A stretch of DNA of 26,531 bases from Nitrospirota bacterium (GCA_040758355.1 JBFLWF010000030.1:1-26531), one strand, 5' to 3'. Positions 7,797-16,763 are shown, counted from the stretch's first letter. Notes: generated by a model from the letters alone, not told the origin. A program made the numbers and translations.

Positions 7797-8627
7797 TTAA
7801 CCTACCTCCACAACTATATTCTCATCAACAAGCTCCCTTAACTTTTCCTGAATATTATTCACCGTAACACCGCCCATTGGGCATTCAACACACATTGCCC
7901 TCAGGGCAATAATAACCCTGTTGCCATCAATATCTATAAGCTCAAGATCTCCGCCGTCAGCCTGAAGCCTCGGTCTTATCTCTTTTTCTATAACGTCCTG
8001 AATTAATGCTATCTTCTGGAGGTTGGTAAGTCTCTTTTTAATCTTTGGCATTTCAGGCACTTTTATTGCCCATATATCCTTTAATATCTCCTCTATCCTC
8101 GGTATGCACGAGCCGCATCCGCCGCCTGCCTTTGTGTAGTTGGTTATCTCCTCAACAGTGGTAAGGTGGTTTTCTATGGCAACCCTCCTTATTTTATCTT
8201 CGGTGACTTCAAAGCATTGGCAGACAAGCTTCTCCTTTTCCTCAAGGGGTTTCCTCTCCCCCTTGTAGCTGGCAATGGCTGCCTCAAGCGCCTCCCTGCA
8301 CATGACAGAGCAATGCATCTTTTCCTTTGGAACCCCTCCAATGTATTCCGCAACGTCTTTATTGGTAATTTTAAGGGCTTCCTCTACAGTTTTTCCTTTT
8401 ATGATTTCTGTAAGGGCTGATGATGTAGCTATTGCAGAGGCACAGCCAAAGGTCTGGAATTTTGCGTCTATAATCCTGTTTGTCTCCTTATCGATCTTTA
8501 AAGTCAGTTTAAGGGCATCTCCACAAATCATGCTGCCGACTTCGCCGACTGCATCAGGATTTTCTATTTCACCAACATTCTTCGGATGGCGGAAAAGCTC
8601 TTTTAATTTCTCTGTGTACTCCCACAT
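7797..8627 (-). CDS. nifU: Fe-S cluster scaffold NifU (IscU-like + BFD [2Fe-2S] + Nfu domains)
   Basis: MWEYTEK, ICGDALKL, FQTFGCASAIA, KMHCSVM, VCQCF...KAGGGCGSC and IRPRLQADGGD...CVECP. Confidence 0.95.
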   Translation of the reverse strand: MWEYTEKLKELFRHPKNVGEIENPDAVGEVGSMICGDALKLTLKIDKETNRIIDAKFQTFGCASAIATSSALTEIIKGKTVEEALKITNKDVAEYIGGVPKEKMHCSVMCREALEAAIASYKGERKPLEEKEKLVCQCFEVTEDKIRRVAIENHLTTVEEITNYTKAGGGCGSCIPRIEEILKDIWAIKVPEMPKIKKRLTNLQKIALIQDVIEKEIRPRLQADGGDLELIDIDGNRVIIALRAMCVECPMGGVTVNNIQEKLRELVDENIVVEVG

Positions 8628-8671
8628 ACCTCTTTTTACCAGAGATTCAGTTCAACTGTCAAATTATCTGC

Positions 8672-9433
8672 CTATTTTATAACACGTCTGCGCATGAGCC
8701 TGAATGGATATGGGGCGATAATCATGGCCACAATCGATATCCATGCAATATCAGCAGCAGGTAATATTCCTGATGAGAGCGACCTGCAGACATTGACAAG
8801 GTGATAGAGGGGAGTGAAGAAGGCTATCTTTGAAATGACAGGGGGCAGGGTATTTAAGGGGAAGAATATCCCTGAAAAAAGGAACATGGGCGTCATGAAA
8901 AGGGTGTAAAAGTAATTGAATGAATCTATCCCCGGCACGATTGCTGCGAATATCATGGATATTTCGGCAAAAATAAGCCCGCTAATGAAAAGAATCGGTA
9001 TTGCGAGCATTATCAGCGGAGAATCCACAAGGCCGAAGATGGATATCACTATCATTATGATTGTGCCGTACAGCATGCTCTTTGTAGCGCCCCACATCAG
9101 TTCGCCTGCCACCAAGTCATCTATATTCACAGGCGTGGCAAGTATGGCATCAAAGGTCTTCTGATAGGTCATCCTCACATATGTGCCGTATGTGCATTCA
9201 TAGGTTGCTGCAAACATGGATGAGGATGCAATGATTCCCGGTGCTATGAAATTTATATACGGCATGCCGTTGATCTCTTTCACAAAGGCGCCGAGTCCCA
9301 ATCCCAGAGCAGCGAGGTAAAGCACGGGTTCTGCAAAATTCAATGCAATGCTCGATTTATAGAGCTTTGTGTAGACAGTAAAATTCCTCTGCCAGACCCT
9401 GAATGCCTTCTTAAGCTTCAAGCGACCTCCCAT
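8672..9433 (-). CDS. ABC-2 type exporter permease (NodJ-like)
   Basis: Multiple TM segments; YINFIAPGI, TFDAILATP, GELMWGATKS, PMFLFSGIFFP and TPLYHLV. Start overlaps the ATPase stop (TAATG). Confidence 0.88.
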   Translation of the reverse strand: MGGRLKLKKAFRVWQRNFTVYTKLYKSSIALNFAEPVLYLAALGLGLGAFVKEINGMPYINFIAPGIIASSSMFAATYECTYGTYVRMTYQKTFDAILATPVNIDDLVAGELMWGATKSMLYGTIIMIVISIFGLVDSPLIMLAIPILFISGLIFAEISMIFAAIVPGIDSFNYFYTLFMTPMFLFSGIFFPLNTLPPVISKIAFFTPLYHLVNVCRSLSSGILPAADIAWISIVAMIIAPYPFRLMRRRVIK

Positions 9434-10161
9434 TACACCAGACCTCTTCCTGTAAGCTTTAGATATACATCTTCAAGATTTCCTTTATAAATTTCCATAA
9501 GCCTCTCAGGTGCATCTATGGCAACAATCCTGCCTGAATCCATAATTGCAACCCTGTCACATATCTTTTCCGCCTCTTCCATATAGTGGGTGGTGAGTAT
9601 AAGGGTTACGTTTTTTGACTTCAGATTACTTAATTTTTCCCAGACAGAGTGTCTGCTGTGAGGGTCAAGACCAACAGTGGGCTCGTCAAGTATCAGCAGT
9701 TCAGGATTGTTTATCAATGCCCGAGCAAGGAGCAGCCTCCTTTTCATGCCTCCTGAAAGATTCCTGATATTAACATCTGCCTTCTCCTTTAATTCCACAA
9801 ACTCAAGGAGTTCAATTGCGAGATTTGATGAAACCTTTTTGGGAATATCGAAATATCGTGCATAGACAATGAGGTTTTCGAGGACAGTGAGGTCAGGATC
9901 GAGATTGTCGTCCTGCGGCATTACACCTATTTTAGACTTAATCTCGCCTGGACTTTCTGTTACATCCATGCCGAACACTGCGATGGTACCAGATGAGGGA
10001 GGCATAAAACAGTGGACCATCTTCATAACCGTTGTCTTGCCTGCACCGTTGGGCCCGAGGAAACCAAAGCATTCACCTTTTTTGATTTCAAAGGCTATAT
10101 TATCAACTGCCCTGAGATGGTCGTAGTCCTTTGTCAGTCCATTTGCAGTAACGATATTCAT
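9433..10161 (-). CDS. ABC transporter ATP-binding protein (NodI-like)
   Basis: Walker A GPNGAGKTT, signature LSGGMKRR, Walker B LLILDEPT and TTHYMEEAE. Confidence 0.93.
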   Translation of the reverse strand: MNIVTANGLTKDYDHLRAVDNIAFEIKKGECFGFLGPNGAGKTTVMKMVHCFMPPSSGTIAVFGMDVTESPGEIKSKIGVMPQDDNLDPDLTVLENLIVYARYFDIPKKVSSNLAIELLEFVELKEKADVNIRNLSGGMKRRLLLARALINNPELLILDEPTVGLDPHSRHSVWEKLSNLKSKNVTLILTTHYMEEAEKICDRVAIMDSGRIVAIDAPERLMEIYKGNLEDVYLKLTGRGLV

Positions 10162-10227
10162 GACATATAAATTATACCCGAATCGAAATCTCTTCGATGT
10201 AGTCTAAACCAAAGTTCAATCCAAATC

Positions 10228-10404
10228 CAGCGATAAGGATGGGGCTCTGAAGTGAATAGCGATGTTTTGGCAACAGTTCTTTGCGACTGAAGTGTTAAAC
10301 AGCCGCAACTGTTTGAGCGAAGCGAGTTTTGCGGCTGTAGCGAAAGAAGCATTAGAACTGTCAAAACAGAGCTTCTGAACGAAAGAGACTTATCCTTATC
10401 GCTG
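10228..10404 (+). repeat. 177-nt rod-shaped palindromic element (REP/MITE-like or structured RNA)
   Basis: Nested stems: CAGCGATAAGGAT/ATCCTTATCGCTG (13 bp, perfect); TGTTTTG..ACAGTTCT/AGAACTGTCAAAACA; ACAGCCGCAA/TTGCGGCTGT. GCGAAGC lies at the apex. Confidence 0.8.
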
Positions 10405-10406
10405 AA

Positions 10407-11240
10407 TCAGAGATCAAAGAAACTGATTATATGCTTTTCCTTATCCGTCAGAAACGACTGCAATTCATTGATATCATCTTCTCCAAGACCGCTGTCATTC
10501 CATGCCTTCGCATGCCCTTCGTTCCATTGCCCGTCATATGCAAGGTCCGGCTTGAGAGTCCTGACAAGCCCTTCGGCAAGATATATGGTGGAGACAATCC
10601 CTTTATGTTTATCGACATCTTCCATATCGTGGTGGTGATATACCGGCAGCACTATCTCCTCTGGAAAAGAAAGGCTTTCTAAAAACCATGCACCTGCCTG
10701 TGCATGGGTGCACTGGAAGATGTTCTTCTCGACATCGACAGGATCATCCGGTTTTATAAAAGTCTGGTATTCATTTCTGTAAAGACCCATGAGCACAATC
10801 TTTCCGATATCGTGGAGAAGGCCAGCAAGAAAGCATATGCCTTTATCAGCAACAGGTATTTTGCAGCACAGAAAGCCTGATATGGTTGCAACACTATAAG
10901 AATGCGCCCACATCTTCTTAACTGCAGGGTACTGGGAAGGGAATAACCCCATAACAGATACGCCGAGGGCTATACTTCTCACTATATCGAAGCCCAGCAT
11001 CAGTATTGCCTGCTCTATGCTGTTTATCCTGCCCGGATAGCCGAAGAACGGCGAGTTTGCAACTGCTACCATGCGCGCCGAAATGGACTGGTCATGCCTT
11101 ATCACTTCCGAAAGGTCGTTAACAGAGGCCTTTTCATCCTGCAAGACTTTAATGAGTCTGGATATGACTATGGGAACGGTAGGCAGTTCTGTAAGCTGCT
11201 TGATCCTCTCTCTTATTATCCTATCGGCATCAATGCTCAT
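10407..11240 (-). CDS. HDOD domain protein
   Basis: LPTVP, DQSISARMVAVANSPFFG, SIEQAILMLG, WAHS, AGLLHDIGK, HAQAG and YHH. Start placed at ATG 11240, which overlaps the kinase 3' end. Confidence 0.88.
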   Translation of the reverse strand: MSIDADRIIRERIKQLTELPTVPIVISRLIKVLQDEKASVNDLSEVIRHDQSISARMVAVANSPFFGYPGRINSIEQAILMLGFDIVRSIALGVSVMGLFPSQYPAVKKMWAHSYSVATISGFLCCKIPVADKGICFLAGLLHDIGKIVLMGLYRNEYQTFIKPDDPVDVEKNIFQCTHAQAGAWFLESLSFPEEIVLPVYHHHDMEDVDKHKGIVSTIYLAEGLVRTLKPDLAYDGQWNEGHAKAWNDSGLGEDDINELQSFLTDKEKHIISFFDL

Positions 11241-11958
11241 GGACAGACGGTAGTTCAATCACAAAAGAGCATCCCTGCCCTTCCGAGAGCACTGAAATCC
11301 TTCCACCGTGTTCTTTTATGATGCCCTGAACAATGCTTAACCCCAGCCCCGTACCTCTGGGTTTTGTAGTGAAAAATGGGGAGAATATCCTATGAATATG
11401 CTCCCGATCGATACCCGGGCCGCTGTCGGAAACAATCACCCTAACTCCGCCTTCGCAAGAATCAGAAGATATCGAGATGCGCCTCTCATCATGCCACTTC
11501 TCAAGGGCCTGCAGGGCATTCATGATTATATTAAAAAAGACCTGCTGGAGCCTGTAGAAATCACCCATGGCATGTGGTATGTCGGATGAGAGACTCAGCA
11601 CAAGGGATATGCTGTTAGTCCTCATCTGGTATTCGAATAATGACACTGTCTGTTTTATTACATCATTTATATTGATGGCGTTGAACTCTATCTCATTTTT
11701 TCTTAAGAAGGTCAGGAGTCCCTCCACAACTTTTGCAGACCGCATGGCAGAGATGTGGATATTGTTTATGTATCGCTTTATCTGTGGATCCATGTCTATG
11801 GTCTGGAGGATTTCGGAATATCCGAGGATGGCGGAAAGGGGATCGTTCAATTCATGGGATATGCCTGCGATCAGTTCGCCCAGCGATGCAAGCCTCTCAA
11901 TCTCCATAATATCCCTGTCGGGCACATCGTTATTAAAAAAAGAAAACCCGTCCCCCAT
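11230..11958 (-). CDS. Cytoplasmic histidine kinase (HisKA + HATPase_c only)
   Basis: H-box ERLASLGELIAGISHELNDPL, N-box QQVFFNIIMNA, DSGPGI, FSPFFTTK and GTGLGL. AGGAG lies just upstream of ATG 11958. Confidence 0.87.
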   Translation of the reverse strand: MGDGFSFFNNDVPDRDIMEIERLASLGELIAGISHELNDPLSAILGYSEILQTIDMDPQIKRYINNIHISAMRSAKVVEGLLTFLRKNEIEFNAININDVIKQTVSLFEYQMRTNSISLVLSLSSDIPHAMGDFYRLQQVFFNIIMNALQALEKWHDERRISISSDSCEGGVRVIVSDSGPGIDREHIHRIFSPFFTTKPRGTGLGLSIVQGIIKEHGGRISVLSEGQGCSFVIELPSVHEH

Positions 11959-12070
11959 ACATCTCCTTTTAGAAAATGCGGTCACCAAGAATAGACTTTT
12001 GAAAATAGCGCCTCTTATTTTTATCGGCAAATATTAGCAACTCTTTAACATTTAAGAGCCATTTTTTAGT

Positions 12071-12076
12071 TATAAT
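12071..12076 (+). promoter_or_regulatory. Consensus -10 box (TATAAT) just upstream of the arsC-fusion start
   Basis: TATAAT ends 5 nt before ATG 12082, in an AT-rich divergent intergenic region. No SD is evident. Confidence 0.45.
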
Positions 12077-12081
12077 TAAAA

Positions 12082-12786
12082 ATGAACATAGAGCTTCTGT
12101 ACATCAAAGACTGTCCGAACTTCAAAAAGGCAAGAAGACTCATCCACGATACCACTAAATCCCTCGGACTGAATATCCCGCTGAGGAAAATCGAGATAAA
12201 AGACGAGGATGATTCGAAAAAATACTCCTTCCCCGGCTCTCCTACAATACGAATAAATGGCGAGGATGTCGAACCTGAAACAGCAAGTGCAACAGCTTTG
12301 ACCTGCCGGATTTATAACAACGGCACAGGGCTTCCAGACAGGGAAATATTAAGATGCAAAACCGCAAAGGCAGCAGGACTCAAAACTGTCATCTTCGTCT
12401 GCACAGGGAATGCAGTCCGCTCTCAGATTGCAGAGGCTGTGGTCAATCATTTCCTGAAAGATAAATGGGTCGCCTTTTCAGCAGGCATAATGCCTATGGC
12501 AGTCAACAATGATGTTATAAAGGTCATGAAAGAGATAGGGATCGATATTTCCAAAAACAGATCAAAGCATATCGACATTTTTAAGAGTTGTTCCTTTGAC
12601 AGGGTTATAACATTATGCTCCGATGCCGATAGATTTTGCTTAAATTATCCGGATTATACCGAAAAGGATACCATTGTTTTCCATGACCCAATATCCGCAG
12701 GTTTCGGTTTCGGGCAATTATCCCTCTTAAGAAAATTAAGGGACGAAATAAAAAAGACCTTAATAAAGCACCTTGAGAATATTTAA
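12082..12786 (+). CDS. arsC: Thioredoxin-like (DUF2703-like) domain fused to an LMW-PTP-fold arsenate reductase ArsC
   Basis: N-domain LYIKDCPN...GSPTIRINGEDV...CRIY. C-domain P-loop FVCTGNAVRSQIAEA, SAGI, VMKEIGIDIS, TLCSDADRFC (Cx6C) and HDP. Confidence 0.75.
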   Translation: MNIELLYIKDCPNFKKARRLIHDTTKSLGLNIPLRKIEIKDEDDSKKYSFPGSPTIRINGEDVEPETASATALTCRIYNNGTGLPDREILRCKTAKAAGLKTVIFVCTGNAVRSQIAEAVVNHFLKDKWVAFSAGIMPMAVNNDVIKVMKEIGIDISKNRSKHIDIFKSCSFDRVITLCSDADRFCLNYPDYTEKDTIVFHDPISAGFGFGQLSLLRKLRDEIKKTLIKHLENI

Positions 12787-12787
12787 T

Positions 12788-15700
12788 ATGAAAAAACTCT
12801 TTGACATATTTTTAAAGAAAGGCAGATGTCTTCCCCTGAGCAGCGTACACGGGACATATGCCGTAAAGTACCGCTCCTTCAAAACCCTGCTCCGCCATAA
12901 CCACAATGCCCTCAATATAATTGCAGACATGGAGCAGATGTATTACAGCGGCAGGCCATTCAGTCTTACTTCAGCGAGGATAAAATACGAGGAGTTGCTT
13001 GAGGCTGTAATTGGAATTATACATAATCTCAATTTTATGTCAGAAGGCAGATATTCATCCCTATACCATGTCTGCGATGCAATAGACGATGAACTCTTCG
13101 AAAAGTTCAGTCCCAAATGCTCCGTAGCAATGAAAGACATTGTGCTTTCATTTGAAGAGATAACATCCGATATGAAGCCCGTGGTGGGCGCAAAGGCGGC
13201 AAACCTTGCTGTCATAAGAAACGACATGGGATTGCCGGTTCCGCCCGGATTTGCAATTACATCCTATGCCTTTGAAAGGTTCATGGAAGAAAACAGGCTC
13301 ACAAAGCCGATAGAGGAGGAGTTATCGAGATTATCCCCTGAATCCACCGGAGATATCGAAAGGGCAGGAAATAAAATAAGAGCTATGATCCTCCGCTCGG
13401 AAGTGCCGTCCTATATAGCTGATGCGATAATGAAGGCATATATGTCGCTTGAGGAAAAAACCCATAAAGAAGTAAGGATTGCCATGAGGAGCAGTGCAGT
13501 CGGAGAGGACACAGAAGCAACATTTGCAGGCCAGTATTCGACAGTCCTCAATGTAACAAGGGACGATATTATCGAGGCATACAAAAACGTAGTTGCCAGC
13601 AAATACTCTGCAAGGGCAATATCCTACAGACTGCATCACGGCCTTGAGGACAGGGAAACACCAATGTGCGTTGCAGGGGTTGTGATGGTGGATTCAAAGG
13701 CGAGCGGTGTTATGTATACTGTAGACCCTTCACTTGCCCGCTCATGCGCAATCCAGATAAACTCCATATGGGGGCTCGGCGAATACCTCGTAAGCGGCAG
13801 CGCATCTCCTGATGTCTTTCTTGTGGAAAGAAAAGAAAGGGAGCTACTGGAAAGACATATAAGCAGGAAGGAATCCAAGTTGACAAGTCTGCCCGATGGC
13901 GGCACAAAACTGACTGATGTTCCCGATAATGAGAAAGAAAGGCAGTCTATAAATGACAGTACCATTGTTCAACTGAGCGAATACGGCCTCATGCTGGAGG
14001 AGTTTTACGAAAGCCCGCAGGACATAGAATGGGCGGTTGATGCGGAAGGCAGACCCTTTATACTGCAGTCAAGACCCCTGAATCTCCCTGAGATAAATAT
14101 TTATACGGATGATATCCTGAGGGAATATCCCGATAATCCTATCCTGTTTTCTAACGGCAAAACAGCATCTGCAGGAATAGCCACAGGAAAGGTCTTCATA
14201 TTAAAACACGAAAGCGAACTGGACAAAATACCTGAGAACAGCATACTCGTAGTCAGGACAATGTCTCCCAACCATGCAAAGGTAATGGGAAAAATAAAGG
14301 GGATAATCTCTGATATAGGGAGCATTACAAGCCATCTATCCTCAGTGGCCCGCGAATTCGGGATTCCGGCGATAGTGGATGCACAGGATGCCACTTCATT
14401 GTTATCAGACAGCGAGGTCGTCACCATGTCGGCAAATACAACAACGGTTTATAAAGGGGTCGTGGAGGCGCTGCTTAAGGATATAAGACCTTCCAGAAAA
14501 CTGATATTCGAGAGTCCTGTACACCGCAAAATGAGGCTCATCCTCGACAGGATTTCGCCCCTTAATCTCACCGATGCCGGACATCCATCCTTTTCTCCGG
14601 AAGGGTGTAAGACTTTCCATGACATCATAAGATTTACACATGAATACGCAATGAAGGAGATGTTCGGGATTACCGATACAACGGGAAAGATATCGGCATC
14701 TGCAAAGCTTACATCAACCCTTCCTCTAAACCTCAGGTTCGTAGACCTCGGCGGAGGGCTGAGAGAGGGACTAACTACGTGTGATACAATTACACCTGAA
14801 TGCATAGAGTCCAGACCCATGAAGGCAATCTGGAATGGATTTACCCATCCCGGGATAGACTGGGCAGGTACCATGAGCATCGATACAGGCAAACTCACAA
14901 GCCTCCTTGCAGTAAGTGCTACCTCGGAGTTTGGAGAGACGCCAGGAGGAGAAAGCTATGCAATACTTTCAAAAGACTATCTTAACCTCAGCGCCAAATT
15001 TGCATACCATTTCGCAACCATAGACACGTTATGCAGCGAAGACAGCAATCAAAACTATATCTCGCTCCAATTCTCAGGCGGGGCAGGCAACTATTACGGC
15101 CGCTCATTAAGAATACAATTCATGAGTAATGTCCTCGATAGGCTCGGATTTCAGGTATCTATAAAAGGCGACCTGATTGACGCATTCATTTCAAGATATG
15201 ATAAGGCATTCATGATGGAAAAACTCGACCAGATGGGGAGATTGCTGGCATCGTGCCGTCTTTTAGATATGACCATCTCCAATCAGGAAGAGATAGAAGT
15301 TTATACGAATGAATTCTTTAACGGCAACTATGACTTTATTTTGAAAAAGAGGGATGATGAGCTGAAGGGCTTTTATACCCATGGCGGATACTGGAGACGT
15401 GCCATTGAGAACGGCCATGTTTACTGCGTTCAGGACGGCTCAAAATGGGGACGGGGCATTTCTTCAGGCATAGCAGGTATGATGGGAAAGGTAATTGGCA
15501 GGGCATATCAGGAATTCCTCGACAACATAGAGTCATATTATTATTTCCCTGTTGCCATACTTAAAGACAGCGAGATGTCTGACGGCACAATAAGCGTAAA
15601 GATAAAGCCTGTAAGCGGAAACATCGACAGGGCAGGAGGCATAGCCTTCGGCATAAAAAATATCGACAATTATTTTGTGATCAGGACAAACGCCCTTGAA

Positions 15701-15973
15701 GGCAATGTCATACTCTTTGAATATGTCAACGGCAGAAGGATTCAGAGGGTCAGCGTAAGGAAAAGGGTGGAATCAGGCAAATGGCATCTGCTAAAAGTAG
15801 AGATTAAGGATAACCTTATCAAAGGTTATTTCAACGATGAAATGCTTATAGAATATAATACAGAGAACCCATTGAAGGCATTTGTCGGCCTCTGGACAAA
15901 GGCTGATTCGGTTATATATTTTGACGAGATGATTGTAGAAACCAATGGACAAAAACGAATAATCGAATTTTAA
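12788..15973 (+). CDS. PEP-synthase/pyruvate,water dikinase-like protein with non-canonical C-terminal domains
   Basis: GAKAANL, VPPGFAIT, MRSSAVGED..FAGQY, PQDIEWA..LQSRPL and phospho-His motif SHLSSVAREFGIP, followed by CKTFHDIIRFTHE and a beta-rich tail. Start placed at ATG 12788, right after the arsC stop. Confidence 0.8.
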   Translation: MKKLFDIFLKKGRCLPLSSVHGTYAVKYRSFKTLLRHNHNALNIIADMEQMYYSGRPFSLTSARIKYEELLEAVIGIIHNLNFMSEGRYSSLYHVCDAIDDELFEKFSPKCSVAMKDIVLSFEEITSDMKPVVGAKAANLAVIRNDMGLPVPPGFAITSYAFERFMEENRLTKPIEEELSRLSPESTGDIERAGNKIRAMILRSEVPSYIADAIMKAYMSLEEKTHKEVRIAMRSSAVGEDTEATFAGQYSTVLNVTRDDIIEAYKNVVASKYSARAISYRLHHGLEDRETPMCVAGVVMVDSKASGVMYTVDPSLARSCAIQINSIWGLGEYLVSGSASPDVFLVERKERELLERHISRKESKLTSLPDGGTKLTDVPDNEKERQSINDSTIVQLSEYGLMLEEFYESPQDIEWAVDAEGRPFILQSRPLNLPEINIYTDDILREYPDNPILFSNGKTASAGIATGKVFILKHESELDKIPENSILVVRTMSPNHAKVMGKIKGIISDIGSITSHLSSVAREFGIPAIVDAQDATSLLSDSEVVTMSANTTTVYKGVVEALLKDIRPSRKLIFESPVHRKMRLILDRISPLNLTDAGHPSFSPEGCKTFHDIIRFTHEYAMKEMFGITDTTGKISASAKLTSTLPLNLRFVDLGGGLREGLTTCDTITPECIESRPMKAIWNGFTHPGIDWAGTMSIDTGKLTSLLAVSATSEFGETPGGESYAILSKDYLNLSAKFAYHFATIDTLCSEDSNQNYISLQFSGGAGNYYGRSLRIQFMSNVLDRLGFQVSIKGDLIDAFISRYDKAFMMEKLDQMGRLLASCRLLDMTISNQEEIEVYTNEFFNGNYDFILKKRDDELKGFYTHGGYWRRAIENGHVYCVQDGSKWGRGISSGIAGMMGKVIGRAYQEFLDNIESYYYFPVAILKDSEMSDGTISVKIKPVSGNIDRAGGIAFGIKNIDNYFVIRTNALEGNVILFEYVNGRRIQRVSVRKRVESGKWHLLKVEIKDNLIKGYFNDEMLIEYNTENPLKAFVGLWTKADSVIYFDEMIVETNGQKRIIEF

Positions 15974-16071
15974 TAACCATAATCCTTAATTAAGAAAACA
16001 CGGGCACGAATTCAAAGCCTTTATCAATGCGATAAAATTATTATATGAGATTATAGAATGAGGAGGTTGTT

Positions 16072-16428
16072 ATGAACAGATTGAAGGTTTTATTTCATGT
16101 GAATGAAAACGAAAAATGGAATGTTGCCCTCGGTAACATCACAAATCTCATCAAGGATGTGGGAGAGGGCAATGCGGATATTGTGGTGCTTGCCAATGGT
16201 CCTTCAGTTGCCGCTTATGCAGATGCCGAAAAGATTGAGATAATGAAGGACCTTTCCGAGAAAGGCGCAAAATTCCTGGCATGCAGAAACTCATTAAAAA
16301 AGATGTGTGCTGATAATGTGATCTGCATAAACGAAGAAAACCTTCCGTCTTTTGTAGGGGTAGTTCCTGCCGGAATAACAGAGATTATAAAGAGACAGCA
16401 TGAAGGCTATGCGTATGTAAAGCCGTAA
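16072..16428 (+). CDS. DsrE/DsrF-like family protein
   Basis: KVLFHV..ALGNITNL..IVVLANG..FLACRNSL..VPAGITEIIKRQHEGYAYVKP. SD GAGGAGG. Confidence 0.82.
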   Translation: MNRLKVLFHVNENEKWNVALGNITNLIKDVGEGNADIVVLANGPSVAAYADAEKIEIMKDLSEKGAKFLACRNSLKKMCADNVICINEENLPSFVGVVPAGITEIIKRQHEGYAYVKP

Positions 16429-16430
16429 AT

Positions 16431-16466
16431 AAAAAAAAGCCCTCCTGCATCGCAGGAGGGCTTTTT
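16431..16466. terminator. Bidirectional rho-independent terminator
   Basis: A8-GCCCTCCTGC-ATC-GCAGGAGGGC-T5 between the convergent dsrE and csp genes. Confidence 0.92.
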
Positions 16467-16474
16467 ACAGGCAA

Positions 16475-16675
16475 TTAAAGTTTTACTACATTGACTGCCT
16501 TGGGTCCCTTGGGGCCCTTTTCCACATCAAAGCTGACTGCTTCGCCTTCGGCAAGCGACTTAAAGCCGTTGCCCTGAATGGAAGAGTAGTGGACAAATAC
16601 GTCGCCGCCATCTTCGCTTGTGATAAAGCCGAAACCCTTGGACTCGTTGAACCACTTTACTGTACCGTTAGCCAT
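16475..16675 (-). CDS. Cold-shock protein (CspA family)
   Basis: [42 protein letters not shown] abuts ATG 16684 but lies 9 nt from ATG 16675, so 16675 is preferred. Confidence 0.95.
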   Translation of the reverse strand: MANGTVKWFNESKGFGFITSEDGGDVFVHYSSIQGNGFKSLAEGEAVSFDVEKGPKGPKAVNVVKL

Positions 16676-16733
16676 CTTGGACATACCTCCTTGTTCTTGT
16701 ACTAAAGTTTTAGGAAAACATTGTCAAACAAAA

Positions 16734-16763
16734 AGGCCACAAAGCTTAAAGTCTTTGTGGCCT
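16734..16763 (-). promoter_or_regulatory. Hairpin in the csp 5' leader / downstream of ppdK
   Basis: AGGCCACAAAG (16734-16744) pairs with CTTTGTGGCCT (16753-16763). On the - strand it is followed by a T-rich run. Confidence 0.55.

Noticed and set aside
6495..8627. Nitrogen fixation cluster
   Set aside because: No nifHDK or other nif genes are in the window; nifU-nifS alone is a common housekeeping Fe-S system in anaerobes.
8672..10161. Nodulation factor export
   Set aside because: NodI/J-like ABC-2 exporters are widespread, and no nod biosynthesis genes are present.
10158..10364. 68-aa - strand ORF
   Set aside because: It lies largely within the palindromic element and has no protein-like features.
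10245..10390. Hammerhead ribozyme (CTGA...GAAA motifs)
   Set aside because: The core reads CTGAAGT rather than CUGANGA, and the motifs pair opposite each other in a rod, not a three-way junction.
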